From: Candidatus Omnitrophota bacterium
GTDB lineage: Bacteria > Omnitrophota > Gorgyraeia > Zapsychrales > Zapsychraceae
Direction: 5' to 3'
DNA length: 64,000 nucleotides
NCBI GenBank assembly: GCA_029261055.1
Contig: JAJDCA010000071.1
Coordinates: forward strand, 25,778 to 89,777
Part shown: piece after piece, positions 55,503 to 64,000 of the stretch
Layout of the letters: every line of letters begins with the position of its first letter
Position numbering within the stretch: position 1 is the stretch's first letter
Position numbers and translations under genes: made by a program
The notes under the pieces: generated by a model
The model's database searches: none
The model's input: the letters and a program-made list of their open reading frames with translations, nothing else
Told to the model about the DNA's origin: nothing

Positions 55503-57824
55503 ATGGCCGCTCAACATATTGAATTTAAAGATTTAGTAAATAATCTTCAGATAGGGGTTATGCGTTGTTCTTCCAGCGCACAGTCAAAGTGTGTGTATGT
55601 TAATGCCGCCTTTCGGGAGATGTTTGGTTTTAATGTTAAAGACATTTCAGGATTACATTTAGCTAGTATTTTTGTGGAGCATCGGAAATATCAATTATTA
55701 AAGAAAACAGTGTCTGAGGAAGGTTGTGTTAAAAATTTTGAAGCACGTTTAAGGGGGAAGGAACAAAAAATTTTATGGTGTTCTGTAGCGGTGGTAACGG
55801 TTAAAGATGTAAAGGGGAAGGTGGAGTTTTTTGATGTGACCCTGGCCGATATAACGGCACGAAAACAGTATGAGCGGGAAATATTAGAGTCGAAAGAATT
55901 ATTCCATACGGTTTTTGATAATACAGCCGCAGCTATTACGGTGACCGATAAGGACGAAAGAATTATCGCATGGAATCCCTTTGCTGAGAAAATGTTGGGG
56001 ATGGATAAAGAAGGTCTTTTTAATAAATCCATTAAAGATTTTTACCCTTCAAAGGAGTGGCGGAGATTGCGTGCTCTAAAGCTTCGTCAAAATGGTTTGC
56101 ATGCTGATGTGGAGACTCAAATTTATAAAAAAGATGGAGGTCTTATTGAGATTAGTCTTTCGATATCAATGTTAAAAAATTTGAATGGTAAGATTATCGG
56201 TGCCATCGGTATTATGCGGGATATCACAAATCAGAAAATAGCTGAACGAAAAATTAAAGAATCAGAAAATAAAATTCGGATTATTTTAGATAATTCTGCT
56301 GCAGCGATGATGTTGAGCGATAGTCAAGAGAGGATCGTTTCCTGGAATAAATTTGCGGAACAACTCCTTGGAATGAAGAAAAAAGATTTATATCTCAAGT
56401 CTGTAAGTTCTTTATATCCTGAAGAGGAATGGCAAAAAATTCGGGATGCCAATATTCGAAAAGTCGGTTCCAGGCATCATTTGCATACAAAAATTATCAA
56501 TAAAAAAGGAAATATTATTGATGTAGACCTTTCGGTGAACGTTTTGAGAGATTCGGAAGGTAAAGTAACAGGGTCCGTCGGTATCATGCAGGATATTACT
56601 GAACAAAAGCGTTTTCAAGAAATGCTTGTTCAGGCCAAATTGTCTGCAGAAGAGGCGAACAGTGCGAAATCATTATTTTTGGCCAATATGTCGCATGAAG
56701 TACGTACGCCGATGAATACTATTATGGGAATGATTGATTTAACGCTGGATACATCTATGAACGAAGAGCAAAAAGATAATCTCGTTGTTGCTAAAGAGGC
56801 TGCCGATAATTTATTGGGTCTTTTGAATGATATTTTAGACCTTTCGCGTGTTGAGGCCGGTAAGATTACGCTTGAGAATATTGAATTCAATTTACATAAT
56901 GTTATTCGCAGTGTCTGTAAGGGGTTATCGGTTATTGCACGTAATAAAAATTTAGAATTAGTGGTGGATATATTGCCTAAAGTGCCTGAAGAAATTTTAG
57001 GAGATCCTGTCCGGTTACGTCAAATTCTTATTAATCTGATTAATAATGCTATTAAATTTACACATAAAGGGAAGGTTACCACGCAGGTTAAAGTGGCCTC
57101 ATCTCTTTCAGAAGATGAAATCGTATTATTATTTTCTGTCATTGATGAGGGGATTGGTATTCCGAAGGATAGGCACGAACAAGTTTTTGAAATATTTACT
57201 CAAGCAGATGATACGACAACACGACGTTTTGGTGGGACAGGTTTGGGGTTAGCTATTTCCAAACGTCTTTCTGAGATGATGGGGGGGCGTATTTGGGTTG
57301 AAAGTGAAGAGGGTAAGGGAAGCACGTTTAGTTTTACGGGAACTTTTAAAATTGTGGAAGTAAATAAAACAGGGAGTACACCTTCCATAGGGGCTGGGGG
57401 AGAGAATTTTGATGTAGATGGTTTTAAAGAAGATTTGAAGGGGCTACGTATTTTATTAGCAGAAGATAATATTGTTAATCAAAAAATTGCTTGTCGGTTG
57501 CTTGAAAAGCAAGGGTGGATTGTTACAGCTGTTGATAATGGTCAGGCTGTTCTCGATCAGATTCATAAGGAGCCGTTTGACGTTGTTCTTATGGATGCGC
57601 ACATGCCAATTCTTGATGGTTTGGAAGCGACGAATCTTATAAGAGAGAATGAAAAGACGACAGGAAATCATATTCCTATTATTGCGTTAACAGCGAGAGC
57701 TATGCAAGAAGATCGAAAAAAATGTATCGATGCCGGCATGGATGGGTATGTTTCTAAACCGATAGACCGTAAAAAATTGTTTGAAGAAATTTGGATTTTA
57801 TTAAAAGATAAAATGAAAAAATAA
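55503..57824 (+). CDS. Hybrid sensor histidine kinase (3x PAS - HisKA - HATPase_c - REC)
   Basis: Three PAS repeats, H-box MSHEVRTPMN, N/G boxes (NLINNAIKFT; GGTGLGLAI), and a receiver domain with VVLMDAHMP. Confidence 0.88.
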   Translation: MAAQHIEFKDLVNNLQIGVMRCSSSAQSKCVYVNAAFREMFGFNVKDISGLHLASIFVEHRKYQLLKKTVSEEGCVKNFEARLRGKEQKILWCSVAVVTVKDVKGKVEFFDVTLADITARKQYEREILESKELFHTVFDNTAAAITVTDKDERIIAWNPFAEKMLGMDKEGLFNKSIKDFYPSKEWRRLRALKLRQNGLHADVETQIYKKDGGLIEISLSISMLKNLNGKIIGAIGIMRDITNQKIAERKIKESENKIRIILDNSAAAMMLSDSQERIVSWNKFAEQLLGMKKKDLYLKSVSSLYPEEEWQKIRDANIRKVGSRHHLHTKIINKKGNIIDVDLSVNVLRDSEGKVTGSVGIMQDITEQKRFQEMLVQAKLSAEEANSAKSLFLANMSHEVRTPMNTIMGMIDLTLDTSMNEEQKDNLVVAKEAADNLLGLLNDILDLSRVEAGKITLENIEFNLHNVIRSVCKGLSVIARNKNLELVVDILPKVPEEILGDPVRLRQILINLINNAIKFTHKGKVTTQVKVASSLSEDEIVLLFSVIDEGIGIPKDRHEQVFEIFTQADDTTTRRFGGTGLGLAISKRLSEMMGGRIWVESEEGKGSTFSFTGTFKIVEVNKTGSTPSIGAGGENFDVDGFKEDLKGLRILLAEDNIVNQKIACRLLEKQGWIVTAVDNGQAVLDQIHKEPFDVVLMDAHMPILDGLEATNLIRENEKTTGNHIPIIALTARAMQEDRKKCIDAGMDGYVSKPIDRKKLFEEIWILLKDKMKK

Positions 57825-57835
57825 AGAGAGGTTTT

Positions 57836-58324
57836 ATGTCAGGATTTTTAGATAAATTTCGAAAAAAAATAATTACCTCAGTTTTCTCTGGTGAGCCACA
57901 GGCAATCCAAGATGTTAAGGTTGATGATAAAATTGCTTTAGGGGTTTTATTGTGGATTGTGGCTCAGGCGGATAAGAAATTTCTTCCTGAAGAGAAAGGT
58001 GCTATAAAAAATATTCTAAGAAAACATAATCAGCTTTCCGATCAAGATTTGGCGGTGGTTTTAGAATCTATTAAAACAGCGGCAGAAGAGCGGATTGATT
58101 TATATTCTTTTACACATGAAGTTAGTCAGGGGCTTTCACGCGATATGAAAATAGGCATTCTTGAAAACATTTTTCGCGTAGCGTGTGTCGATAATGATCT
58201 GGATCATGAGGAGCATGAGATAATTCGGAAAATTTCCGGTTTGTTTAGGTTGGACCATAAAGAATTTATTGATACAAAAATAAAGATTAAAAAAGAATTT
58301 GGACTGGACACAGCCGGATTATAA
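57836..58324 (+). CDS. TerB-like domain protein
   Basis: Paired amphipathic helices with conserved acidic positions (…AQADKKFLPEEKGAIKNIL…; …ACVDNDLDHEEHEIIRKI…), resembling the TerB / DjlA N-domain. Confidence 0.45.
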   Translation: MSGFLDKFRKKIITSVFSGEPQAIQDVKVDDKIALGVLLWIVAQADKKFLPEEKGAIKNILRKHNQLSDQDLAVVLESIKTAAEERIDLYSFTHEVSQGLSRDMKIGILENIFRVACVDNDLDHEEHEIIRKISGLFRLDHKEFIDTKIKIKKEFGLDTAGL

Positions 58325-58339
58325 AAAGGGAGGGGTAGT

Positions 58340-58531
58340 ATGGGGCATATTGGTTGGCCTGAAATTATTATTATTGCATTGTTTGTTATTGTATTATTCG
58401 GTGCAAAAAAATTACCCGAAATAGGAAGCTCTTTAGGCAAAGCTATTCGAGAATTTAGAAACGCTGGTAAAGAGATTCAGGATGAAGTGAAGAGTTCTAT
58501 CGAAGATAAGAATGATGAAAAAAAAGGATAA
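58340..58531 (+). CDS. tatA: Twin-arginine translocase subunit TatA/E
   Basis: WPEIIIIALFVIVLFGAKKLPEIGSSLGKAIREFR canonical TatA N-terminus. Confidence 0.9.
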   Translation: MGHIGWPEIIIIALFVIVLFGAKKLPEIGSSLGKAIREFRNAGKEIQDEVKSSIEDKNDEKKG

Positions 58532-59216
58532 TGAACTCGGTTTTGTCGGGCATTTGGATGAATTAAGAGGACGGCTAGTTAAAATTGTAATTGCTGTTAT
58601 TATTGCAGCTTGTATTTTTTATGCTTTCATTGATTCTGTTTTCATCGCTATTATTCAGCCAGTTGGGAAGCTTGTATTTACATCTCCAGCTGATGCCTTT
58701 ATTGCTCGGCTGACATTGACAATTTTTGGAGGCCTATTTTTGGCGCTTCCTGTTACGCTTTATCAGATTTGGCAGTTTGTTGCGGCTGGACTTAGAAAGG
58801 AAGAAAGACGGTATATTATTTTTTTCGCTCCTTTTTCTTTTTTTCTTTTTCTTATGGGTGGTTTATTTGCGTATTACATTACAGTCCCCGTAGCTCTTCG
58901 TTTTCTTTTAAGTTTTTCCTCAGACGTTATCGTCCCGATGATTACGATCAAAAATTATATATCTTTTTTAGGAACGCTTATTTTAGCATTTGGCGTTGTG
59001 TTTGAGCTTCCGTTAGTCCTTATGTTTTTAACAAAAATTGGAATAGCTACGCCTGATTTTTTTGCTAACAAAAGAAGGTATGCGATTGTTTTGATATTGA
59101 TTGTAAGTGCAATCATAACGCCACCGGATGTGATTACGCAACTTATGCTGTCTGGTCCGCTTATTGTTTTGTATGAAATTGGAATAATAGCTTCACGATT
59201 TACTTATAGAAAGTAA
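58512..59216 (+). CDS. tatC: Twin-arginine translocase subunit TatC
   Basis: 6-TM protein with HLDELRGRL N-terminal motif. Confidence 0.88.
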   Translation: MMKKKDNELGFVGHLDELRGRLVKIVIAVIIAACIFYAFIDSVFIAIIQPVGKLVFTSPADAFIARLTLTIFGGLFLALPVTLYQIWQFVAAGLRKEERRYIIFFAPFSFFLFLMGGLFAYYITVPVALRFLLSFSSDVIVPMITIKNYISFLGTLILAFGVVFELPLVLMFLTKIGIATPDFFANKRRYAIVLILIVSAIITPPDVITQLMLSGPLIVLYEIGIIASRFTYRK

Positions 59217-59226
59217 AGGAGAGAAT

Positions 59227-59439
59227 ATGCAAATGCCCGAAGCAGATGAATTATTAAAAGATCAAAGAGTTGTTGAAGAGGTTAATAAGCATCTTTGGAT
59301 TGAAAGTCAAAAGGCAGGGTATAGCATTGGGATTGAACGTGCAACGGATGAATGGCTTAGGCTTCATGCTGAAGATTGGTTTAAGTATAATCAACCTGAA
59401 AAATTTCAAAAGTTAAACAAGAAAAGAAAGCGAAAATAA
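59227..59439 (+). CDS. Small conserved hypothetical protein
   Basis: 70 aa with a K/R-rich tail and GAGA RBS. Confidence 0.4.
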   Translation: MQMPEADELLKDQRVVEEVNKHLWIESQKAGYSIGIERATDEWLRLHAEDWFKYNQPEKFQKLNKKRKRK

Positions 59440-59454
59440 TATTTTTTACATAAA

Positions 59455-59495
59455 ATAAAAACCCTCCGAAATTAATCAGAGGGTTTTTATTTTAT
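59455..59495. terminator. Bidirectional rho-independent terminator
   Basis: AAAACCCTC-cgaaattaatca-GAGGGTTTTTATTTT; A-run and T-run flank the stem, so it serves both convergent genes. Confidence 0.8.
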
Positions 59496-59510
59496 ATCCG
59501 ACGGAAAATC

Positions 59511-59735
59511 TTATCGTCTTTTCTTTGCTGCTTTCTTTTTTGTCGCTTTTTTCTTTACAGCTTTTTTCTTTGTTACCGCTTTTTTTGTTGCTTTTTTCTT
59601 TACGGTTTTTTTCTTTGTCACTGCTTTCTTTACAGCTTTTTTCTTTGTTACAGCCTTTTTCTTTGTTACGGCTTTTTTCTTTGTTACCTTTTTCTTTACG
59701 GCTTTTTTCTTTGTTGCTTTCTTTTTGACTGCCAT
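59511..59735 (-). CDS. Lysine/alanine-rich histone H1-like small basic protein built of tandem (A/V)(V/T)KKK(A) repeats
   Basis: 74 aa [21 protein letters not shown].... Strong AGGAGG RBS 7 nt upstream, and a terminator downstream. Confidence 0.75.
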   Translation of the reverse strand: MAVKKKATKKKAVKKKVTKKKAVTKKKAVTKKKAVKKAVTKKKTVKKKATKKAVTKKKAVKKKATKKKAAKKRR

Positions 59736-59964
59736 ATGATTCCTCCTTTGGTTAGGTTTTTTCTAACGTTTATATTTTCATAGTAGCATACTGTTTTGCA
59801 TATGCAAAAATAATCTGAGGTTTTTTGAGAAGAATTTTATTAAATTTTTAAAAAAAGCGTTTTTTGTCGACGAGAAATATGGTAAGTGGTTTAAAGAAAT
59901 AAAATAAAGTAAAGTTTATTTATAAATATAAAGAATAAAAATAATTTTTTAAAAAAATTAAATA

Positions 59965-61074
59965 ATGAGCCTATACATTCACATTCCTTTTTGTAAGCGA
60001 AAATGTTTTTATTGCTCATTTGTCGTCGTGGTTAGTCAAGAACAACGAATAGATTTGTATTTAGAGTGTTTGGCAAAAGAAGCAAAAAAATACAAAGGTT
60101 ATAAAATTAATTCAATTTTTATCGGTGGAGGGACTCCAACTTTATTAAATAATAATCAGTTTAAAAAACTTTTTAAAATCATCTTTGATAATTTTGAAGT
60201 TAGTGATTCTGCGGAATGTACGGTTGAAGCTAATCCCGAAGGGCTTTACTCGTCGAGAATAAGACTATTAAAGAGTTTAGGAGTTACGCGTATTAGCTTA
60301 GGCGTGCAAACTTTTAATAATACGTATTTAAAAGCTCTTGGACGTAATCATGATTGTAAAACAGCAGTAAAAACTTTTCGTAAAATAAAACAAAATGGTT
60401 TTGATAATGTTAGCATTGATCTTATGTATGGATTTCCCGAACAAACTTTTGAAGAATTAAAACAAGACTTAAAGTGTTTTACGCAATTAGGAGCAGAACA
60501 TATATCTATTTATACATTGACTCTAGAAAAGAATAGCCGATTTTATACGAAGAAAATTTCTTTACCGGATAGTCAAGTGTTAGCAGAGCAATATGTTGTG
60601 GTGGCAGAGTTTCTTGAGGCTGCAGGATATAGTCAATATGAGATTAGCAATTTTGCCAAATCAAAAAAAGTTTCAGCGCATAATATTAATTATTGGAGAG
60701 GTGGAGAGTATGTTGGTCTTGGTGTTGCTGCACATTCTTATCTTCGTGGAAGGCGTTCCTGGAATGTTTGTAAATTTAAAGAATACTTAGCAGCGTTTGC
60801 TCAAACTAAAAAGTGTCCTAATGTTTGTAAAGGGTTTGAAGATTTATCGGCGTATGAACAGTTTAAAGATGTGGTGTTATTTGGATTGCGTATGAATAAA
60901 GGTGTTAATTTAAATAAAGAAGAAGATAGATTTGGATGCTCTTTATCTCCGAACCAACAAAAAAAGATAGACACCTTCATTAAGGAAGGTTGGCTTATAT
61001 TGGAGAAGGGGTATTTAAAAACAAGTGCCAGGGGTAGATTAGTTTTGGATGAGTTATGCGCCCAGCTTGTGTGA
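59965..61074 (+). CDS. hemW: Radical SAM heme chaperone HemW (HemN-like oxygen-independent coproporphyrinogen oxidase family)
   Basis: LYIHIPFCKRKCFYCSF (CxxxCxxC) and a HemN_C-like C-terminus. Confidence 0.85.
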   Translation: MSLYIHIPFCKRKCFYCSFVVVVSQEQRIDLYLECLAKEAKKYKGYKINSIFIGGGTPTLLNNNQFKKLFKIIFDNFEVSDSAECTVEANPEGLYSSRIRLLKSLGVTRISLGVQTFNNTYLKALGRNHDCKTAVKTFRKIKQNGFDNVSIDLMYGFPEQTFEELKQDLKCFTQLGAEHISIYTLTLEKNSRFYTKKISLPDSQVLAEQYVVVAEFLEAAGYSQYEISNFAKSKKVSAHNINYWRGGEYVGLGVAAHSYLRGRRSWNVCKFKEYLAAFAQTKKCPNVCKGFEDLSAYEQFKDVVLFGLRMNKGVNLNKEEDRFGCSLSPNQQKKIDTFIKEGWLILEKGYLKTSARGRLVLDELCAQLV

Positions 61075-62148
61075 AATGTTGTTTTGATGGGCTATGCGGT
61101 TGCTGTGATCAAATAATTGGAAGAGGGCTTCTTCGATAATATTTTTGTAAGGGCTGCGCATTTTTAAACTAGCCAAAATTTTTAAAGTTTTCTTCAAGCG
61201 GCTATCTATGTGTTTGAGGCAGTAAGGCAGGCTTCCTGCATCAATAAATATTTTTCGGACCGCTACGAGATCTTTGTATGTTTTTTTAGGCTTGTTAAAA
61301 ATATCCGTAAATTGTTTCTTTTTTGTCCCCTTTAAATGTTCATATGCATGCGCCACGAGTAAAGTTTTTTTGGATTCAGCCAAATCACTTAGGATGGATT
61401 TGCCAATATTCTTTTCGGAATCAAATATGCCGATAATATCATCTTGAATTTGAAATGCCTGCCCGATCATAATGCCTAATTCAGAAAGTTTTTTGATGTC
61501 TTTGTTGTCCGCACCTGCCAGTATGGCCCCCGTGACTAAAGGACAATCAAACGTGTAGCGCGCCGTCTTAAGCGTGTAATTAAGAAAAACATCTTTTTCT
61601 TTTATTTTCTTTAATGGTTCCATGCCATGAATGGTATCAATGAACTCACCCATCGCTGTAAAAGCGGCTGTTTGAACAAAATATTTTAAAGCTCTCTCTT
61701 TGCGCTCCGCAGGCTCCTTAATTGATAGGAAGGCATCAATCGCAAAGGCATACACAATATCTCCGGCAATGATTCCTAGATCACGTCCAAGCTTATCCTG
61801 TGATTTAGTTTTTACAATTTTACCCAGGAGTTTGTGAAGTGTTGGTTTGCCGCGCCGTAAATTGGAACAGTCGATAATATCATCATGGATCAACATAAAA
61901 TTGTGCAGAAGTTCAATGCAAGTTGATGCATTATATAGAGAAGGCGTGGTTCTTTTATTTTTTGGGGAGTATCCTTTGTAGCTGAGGATCAACAAAAGCG
62001 GGCGGATGCGCTTGCCTTTGCGCAAAGAAAATTCTTTGATGCTTTCAAATAGAATAGGACTCACCAAATGGAGTTTATAGTCCTTTTTGACCCGTTCCAT
62101 AAAAGAAGCAAGGCTTGAATCAATTTGTTTCCGAATTTCTTCGATCAT
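61054..62148 (-). CDS. Polyprenyl diphosphate synthase (trans-IPPS, IspA/IspB family)
   Basis: First DDxxD in LIHDDIIDC and second in FQIQDDIIG. Confidence 0.85.
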   Translation of the reverse strand: MIEEIRKQIDSSLASFMERVKKDYKLHLVSPILFESIKEFSLRKGKRIRPLLLILSYKGYSPKNKRTTPSLYNASTCIELLHNFMLIHDDIIDCSNLRRGKPTLHKLLGKIVKTKSQDKLGRDLGIIAGDIVYAFAIDAFLSIKEPAERKERALKYFVQTAAFTAMGEFIDTIHGMEPLKKIKEKDVFLNYTLKTARYTFDCPLVTGAILAGADNKDIKKLSELGIMIGQAFQIQDDIIGIFDSEKNIGKSILSDLAESKKTLLVAHAYEHLKGTKKKQFTDIFNKPKKTYKDLVAVRKIFIDAGSLPYCLKHIDSRLKKTLKILASLKMRSPYKNIIEEALFQLFDHSNRIAHQNNISHKLGA

Positions 62149-62220
62149 AAGGCGATCATGGTAGCATACAACCTGTTTTCATTCAAGGGTTTTGCCTAAG
62201 AAAAATGTGTAATTTCCTCC

Positions 62221-62282
62221 TTGACATGGTTTTCTTTTTTGATATAATCCTCAACTTAGCATTCAGGGGTTTAGAGTGCTAA
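62221..62282 (+). promoter_or_regulatory. Sigma-70 promoter (TTGACA-16 nt-TATAAT) followed by a CIRCE operator (TTAGCATTC-N9-GAGTGCTAA) for the hrcA-grpE-dnaK operon
   Basis: TTGACA at 62221-62226, TATAAT at 62243-62248, and a CIRCE inverted repeat at 62256-62282 (one mismatch from the consensus TTAGCACTC-N9-GAGTGCTAA). Confidence 0.8.
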
Positions 62283-62335
62283 ATTTTAATAGGGCAGTAA
62301 CTTATTAACATTAATAAAGATAATAATAAAAGACT

Positions 62336-63073
62336 ATGACACCTCGTTGGACAAATATTCAGGCGCGCAAAGATCGTATTTTAAGTATTACGATTGGTCG
62401 TTATATTGAAACGATCGTACCGGTGAGTTCAAATTGTATTGCAAAAGAATCTCATATGGACTTAAGTTCGGCTACAATTCGTAATGTTTTGGCCGAATTA
62501 GAGCAGGAAGGTTTTTTGACCCATCCGCACACTTCAGCCGGTCGCATACCTACAGAAAAAGGTTATCGTTATTATGTAGATCATTTGATGAATGAGATTC
62601 AACTTTTGGAGGAAGAAAAACAACGTATTAAATATGAATATACCCGGGAAGCTAAAGAATTAGAGGTATTGCTGGATAAAACATCGCGCGTGATTTCGGA
62701 CATGACCCATTATACAAGCATTATTTCCGTTGACGGTTGGGGAAATAAATTATTCTGCCGGGGTACAAATTTTGTTGTGGGATATCCGGATGAACAGGAT
62801 CTGAGTAAAATTAAGACAATTTTATATGCTTTGGAGGAAAAAAAAGGTTTGTTGGAAGTTATTAATCAGGAACTAAAAGAGCGTATTAATATTTTTATCG
62901 GTCAAGAAATTCTTTACGAAGAAGTGGATAGTTGTTCATTGGTGATTTCAAAATATAAATCCAAAAAAGGTCCGAGCGGGCGTATTGCCATTTTAGGGCC
63001 AAAACGTATGAATTATGAAAAGGTTGTCTCAACCATAGATTATTTTTCTCAATTAATGGAGGAGCTTTTGTAG
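62336..63073 (+). CDS. hrcA: Heat-inducible transcription repressor HrcA
   Basis: N-terminal winged helix (IRNVLAELEQEGFL..H.SAGRIPTEKGYRYYVD) with a CIRCE element upstream. Short (245 aa) for HrcA. Confidence 0.8.
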   Translation: MTPRWTNIQARKDRILSITIGRYIETIVPVSSNCIAKESHMDLSSATIRNVLAELEQEGFLTHPHTSAGRIPTEKGYRYYVDHLMNEIQLLEEEKQRIKYEYTREAKELEVLLDKTSRVISDMTHYTSIISVDGWGNKLFCRGTNFVVGYPDEQDLSKIKTILYALEEKKGLLEVINQELKERINIFIGQEILYEEVDSCSLVISKYKSKKGPSGRIAILGPKRMNYEKVVSTIDYFSQLMEELL

Positions 63074-63095
63074 GAAAGAGGAGAGGTTTTGTAGC

Positions 63096-63692
63096 ATGAT
63101 TAAAAAACAAAAAAATAAAGAACAAGTTGTCACTGAAGAAACGGCAGAGCCTATAGATCCTATTATAGAGAAGGCAGATGCTGTTGTTGAAGATAAGATA
63201 ATAGAAATCAAAGAGTCTGAGTATAAACGTCTTGTGGCTGAGGCGGCAGAATATAAAGATAAACATGTTCGTCTTTATGCGGAGTTTGAAAATACGCGTA
63301 AACGTTTGGAACGTGACAAGCAAGAATTTATCAAATACGCCAATGAAAGTGTTATCGTCGAGTTTTTAGGAGTTTTAGACAATCTGGAGCGTTCTGTTGA
63401 AGCAGCGCAGACAAAGCATGAAGATTATACAGCCTTCTTGAAGGGGGTAGAGATGGTCATGGCCCAGACGTATGATATGTTATCCAAAAATGGAGTGAAA
63501 TCTATTGAGGCTAAGGGAAAAATGTTTGATCCGCATTGTCATGAAATTCTCATGCAAGAAGAAACGGATGAAATAGAAGAAGGAATGGTTATTGAAGAAT
63601 TTCAAAAAGGTTATTATTTGTGGGACCGTATTGTCCGCACAGTAAAAGTTAAAGTAGCTAAAAAGAAAGAAAATCATAAAGAAGGAGATTAG
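63096..63692 (+). CDS. grpE: Nucleotide exchange factor GrpE
   Basis: Coiled-coil N-terminus plus LAEFENTRKRLERD and a C-terminal beta domain. Confidence 0.9.
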   Translation: MIKKQKNKEQVVTEETAEPIDPIIEKADAVVEDKIIEIKESEYKRLVAEAAEYKDKHVRLYAEFENTRKRLERDKQEFIKYANESVIVEFLGVLDNLERSVEAAQTKHEDYTAFLKGVEMVMAQTYDMLSKNGVKSIEAKGKMFDPHCHEILMQEETDEIEEGMVIEEFQKGYYLWDRIVRTVKVKVAKKKENHKEGD

Positions 63693-63695
63693 AAA

Positions 63696-64000
63696 ATGGC
63701 AAAAGCAATAGGAATTGATTTAGGAACATCAAACTCAGCAGCGGCGGTTATGGAAGCTGGACGTCCGACAATTATTCCTTCGGCCGAAGGGGCGGGGGTT
63801 GCATCGGGTAAGGCATTTCCATCATTTGTGGCGTTTACGAAAGACGGACAGCGTTTAGTTGGAGAGCCGGCCAAGCGTCAGGCACCAATGAACTCGGAAG
63901 GCACGATTTATGCGGCCAAACGAAAAATGGGCACCAGTGAAAAATTTAAGGCTGGGGGTAAAGAGTTTACACCGCAGCAAATTAGCTCGTTTATTTTACA
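63696..64000 (+). CDS. dnaK: Chaperone DnaK (Hsp70), 5' part only (runs off window end)
   Basis: [32 protein letters not shown]... canonical DnaK N-terminus. Confidence 0.92.
   Translation, partial: MAKAIGIDLGTSNSAAAVMEAGRPTIIPSAEGAGVASGKAFPSFVAFTKDGQRLVGEPAKRQAPMNSEGTIYAAKRKMGTSEKFKAGGKEFTPQQISSFIL

Noticed and set aside
59520-59720. Tandem 24-27-nt repeats that could be mistaken for a CRISPR array
   Set aside because: The repeats are contiguous with no unique spacers, are imperfect in phase with codons, and form an ORF with RBS. This is coding low complexity, not CRISPR.
59525-59728. Plus-strand ORF encoding an L/F/S-rich 67-aa peptide
   Set aside because: It is the mirror image of the lysine-rich minus-strand gene, which has a strong RBS and terminator. 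The plus-strand ORF has no RBS and is pure low complexity. It is an artifact of the tandem repeat.

Overview
This is an AT-rich, gene-dense bacterial chromosomal segment (my estimate about 38-40% GC) from a probable diderm. The diderm call rests on the Mla lipid-transport operon, an OmpA-like lipoprotein, Tat translocase genes and a T2SS/T4P-like pilus locus.

Layout:
- 1-8.4 kb: a T2SS/T4P-like assembly operon (GspE/PilB ATPase, GspF/PilC, four pseudopilins, PilM-PilN fusion, PilO, PilP-like). One pseudopilin is fused in-frame to a complete GIY-YIG nuclease domain, and no secretin lies in the window.
- 9.7-30.4 kb: a long co-directional housekeeping block (uppS-cdsA-dxr-rseP, a CpaF-like ATPase, proS-rimP-nusA-infB-trpS-scpA, ruvB, spoIID-like, ychF, rRNA/tRNA-modification enzymes, an ABC-F ATPase, an Smr protein).
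- 30.9-38.9 kb: a minus-strand block (greA, ybaB, yggT, mlaD/mlaF/mlaE, NYN protein, UPF0104 flippase-like protein, lipA, def, panD, trxA).
- 39-52.8 kb: an accessory-looking island. It holds a DUF4143 AAA ATPase, two coupled unknown genes, a decayed HigB toxin with an intact HigA antitoxin, a secreted GH26-like glycoside hydrolase, a TPR protein and four consecutive GT-C-type membrane glycosyltransferase-like proteins (one YfhO-like).
- 52.9-64 kb: rlmB, an HD-domain protein, an M48 protease, a PAS hybrid histidine kinase, a TerB-like protein, tatA-tatC, a lysine/alanine-rich H1-like small protein, hemW, a polyprenyl synthase and a CIRCE-controlled hrcA-grpE-dnaK (partial) operon.

At least three families of short intergenic palindromic repeat elements recur through the window: two modular AT-type families and one GC-rich family lying in 5' leaders. 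No rRNA, tRNA or CRISPR array was found.
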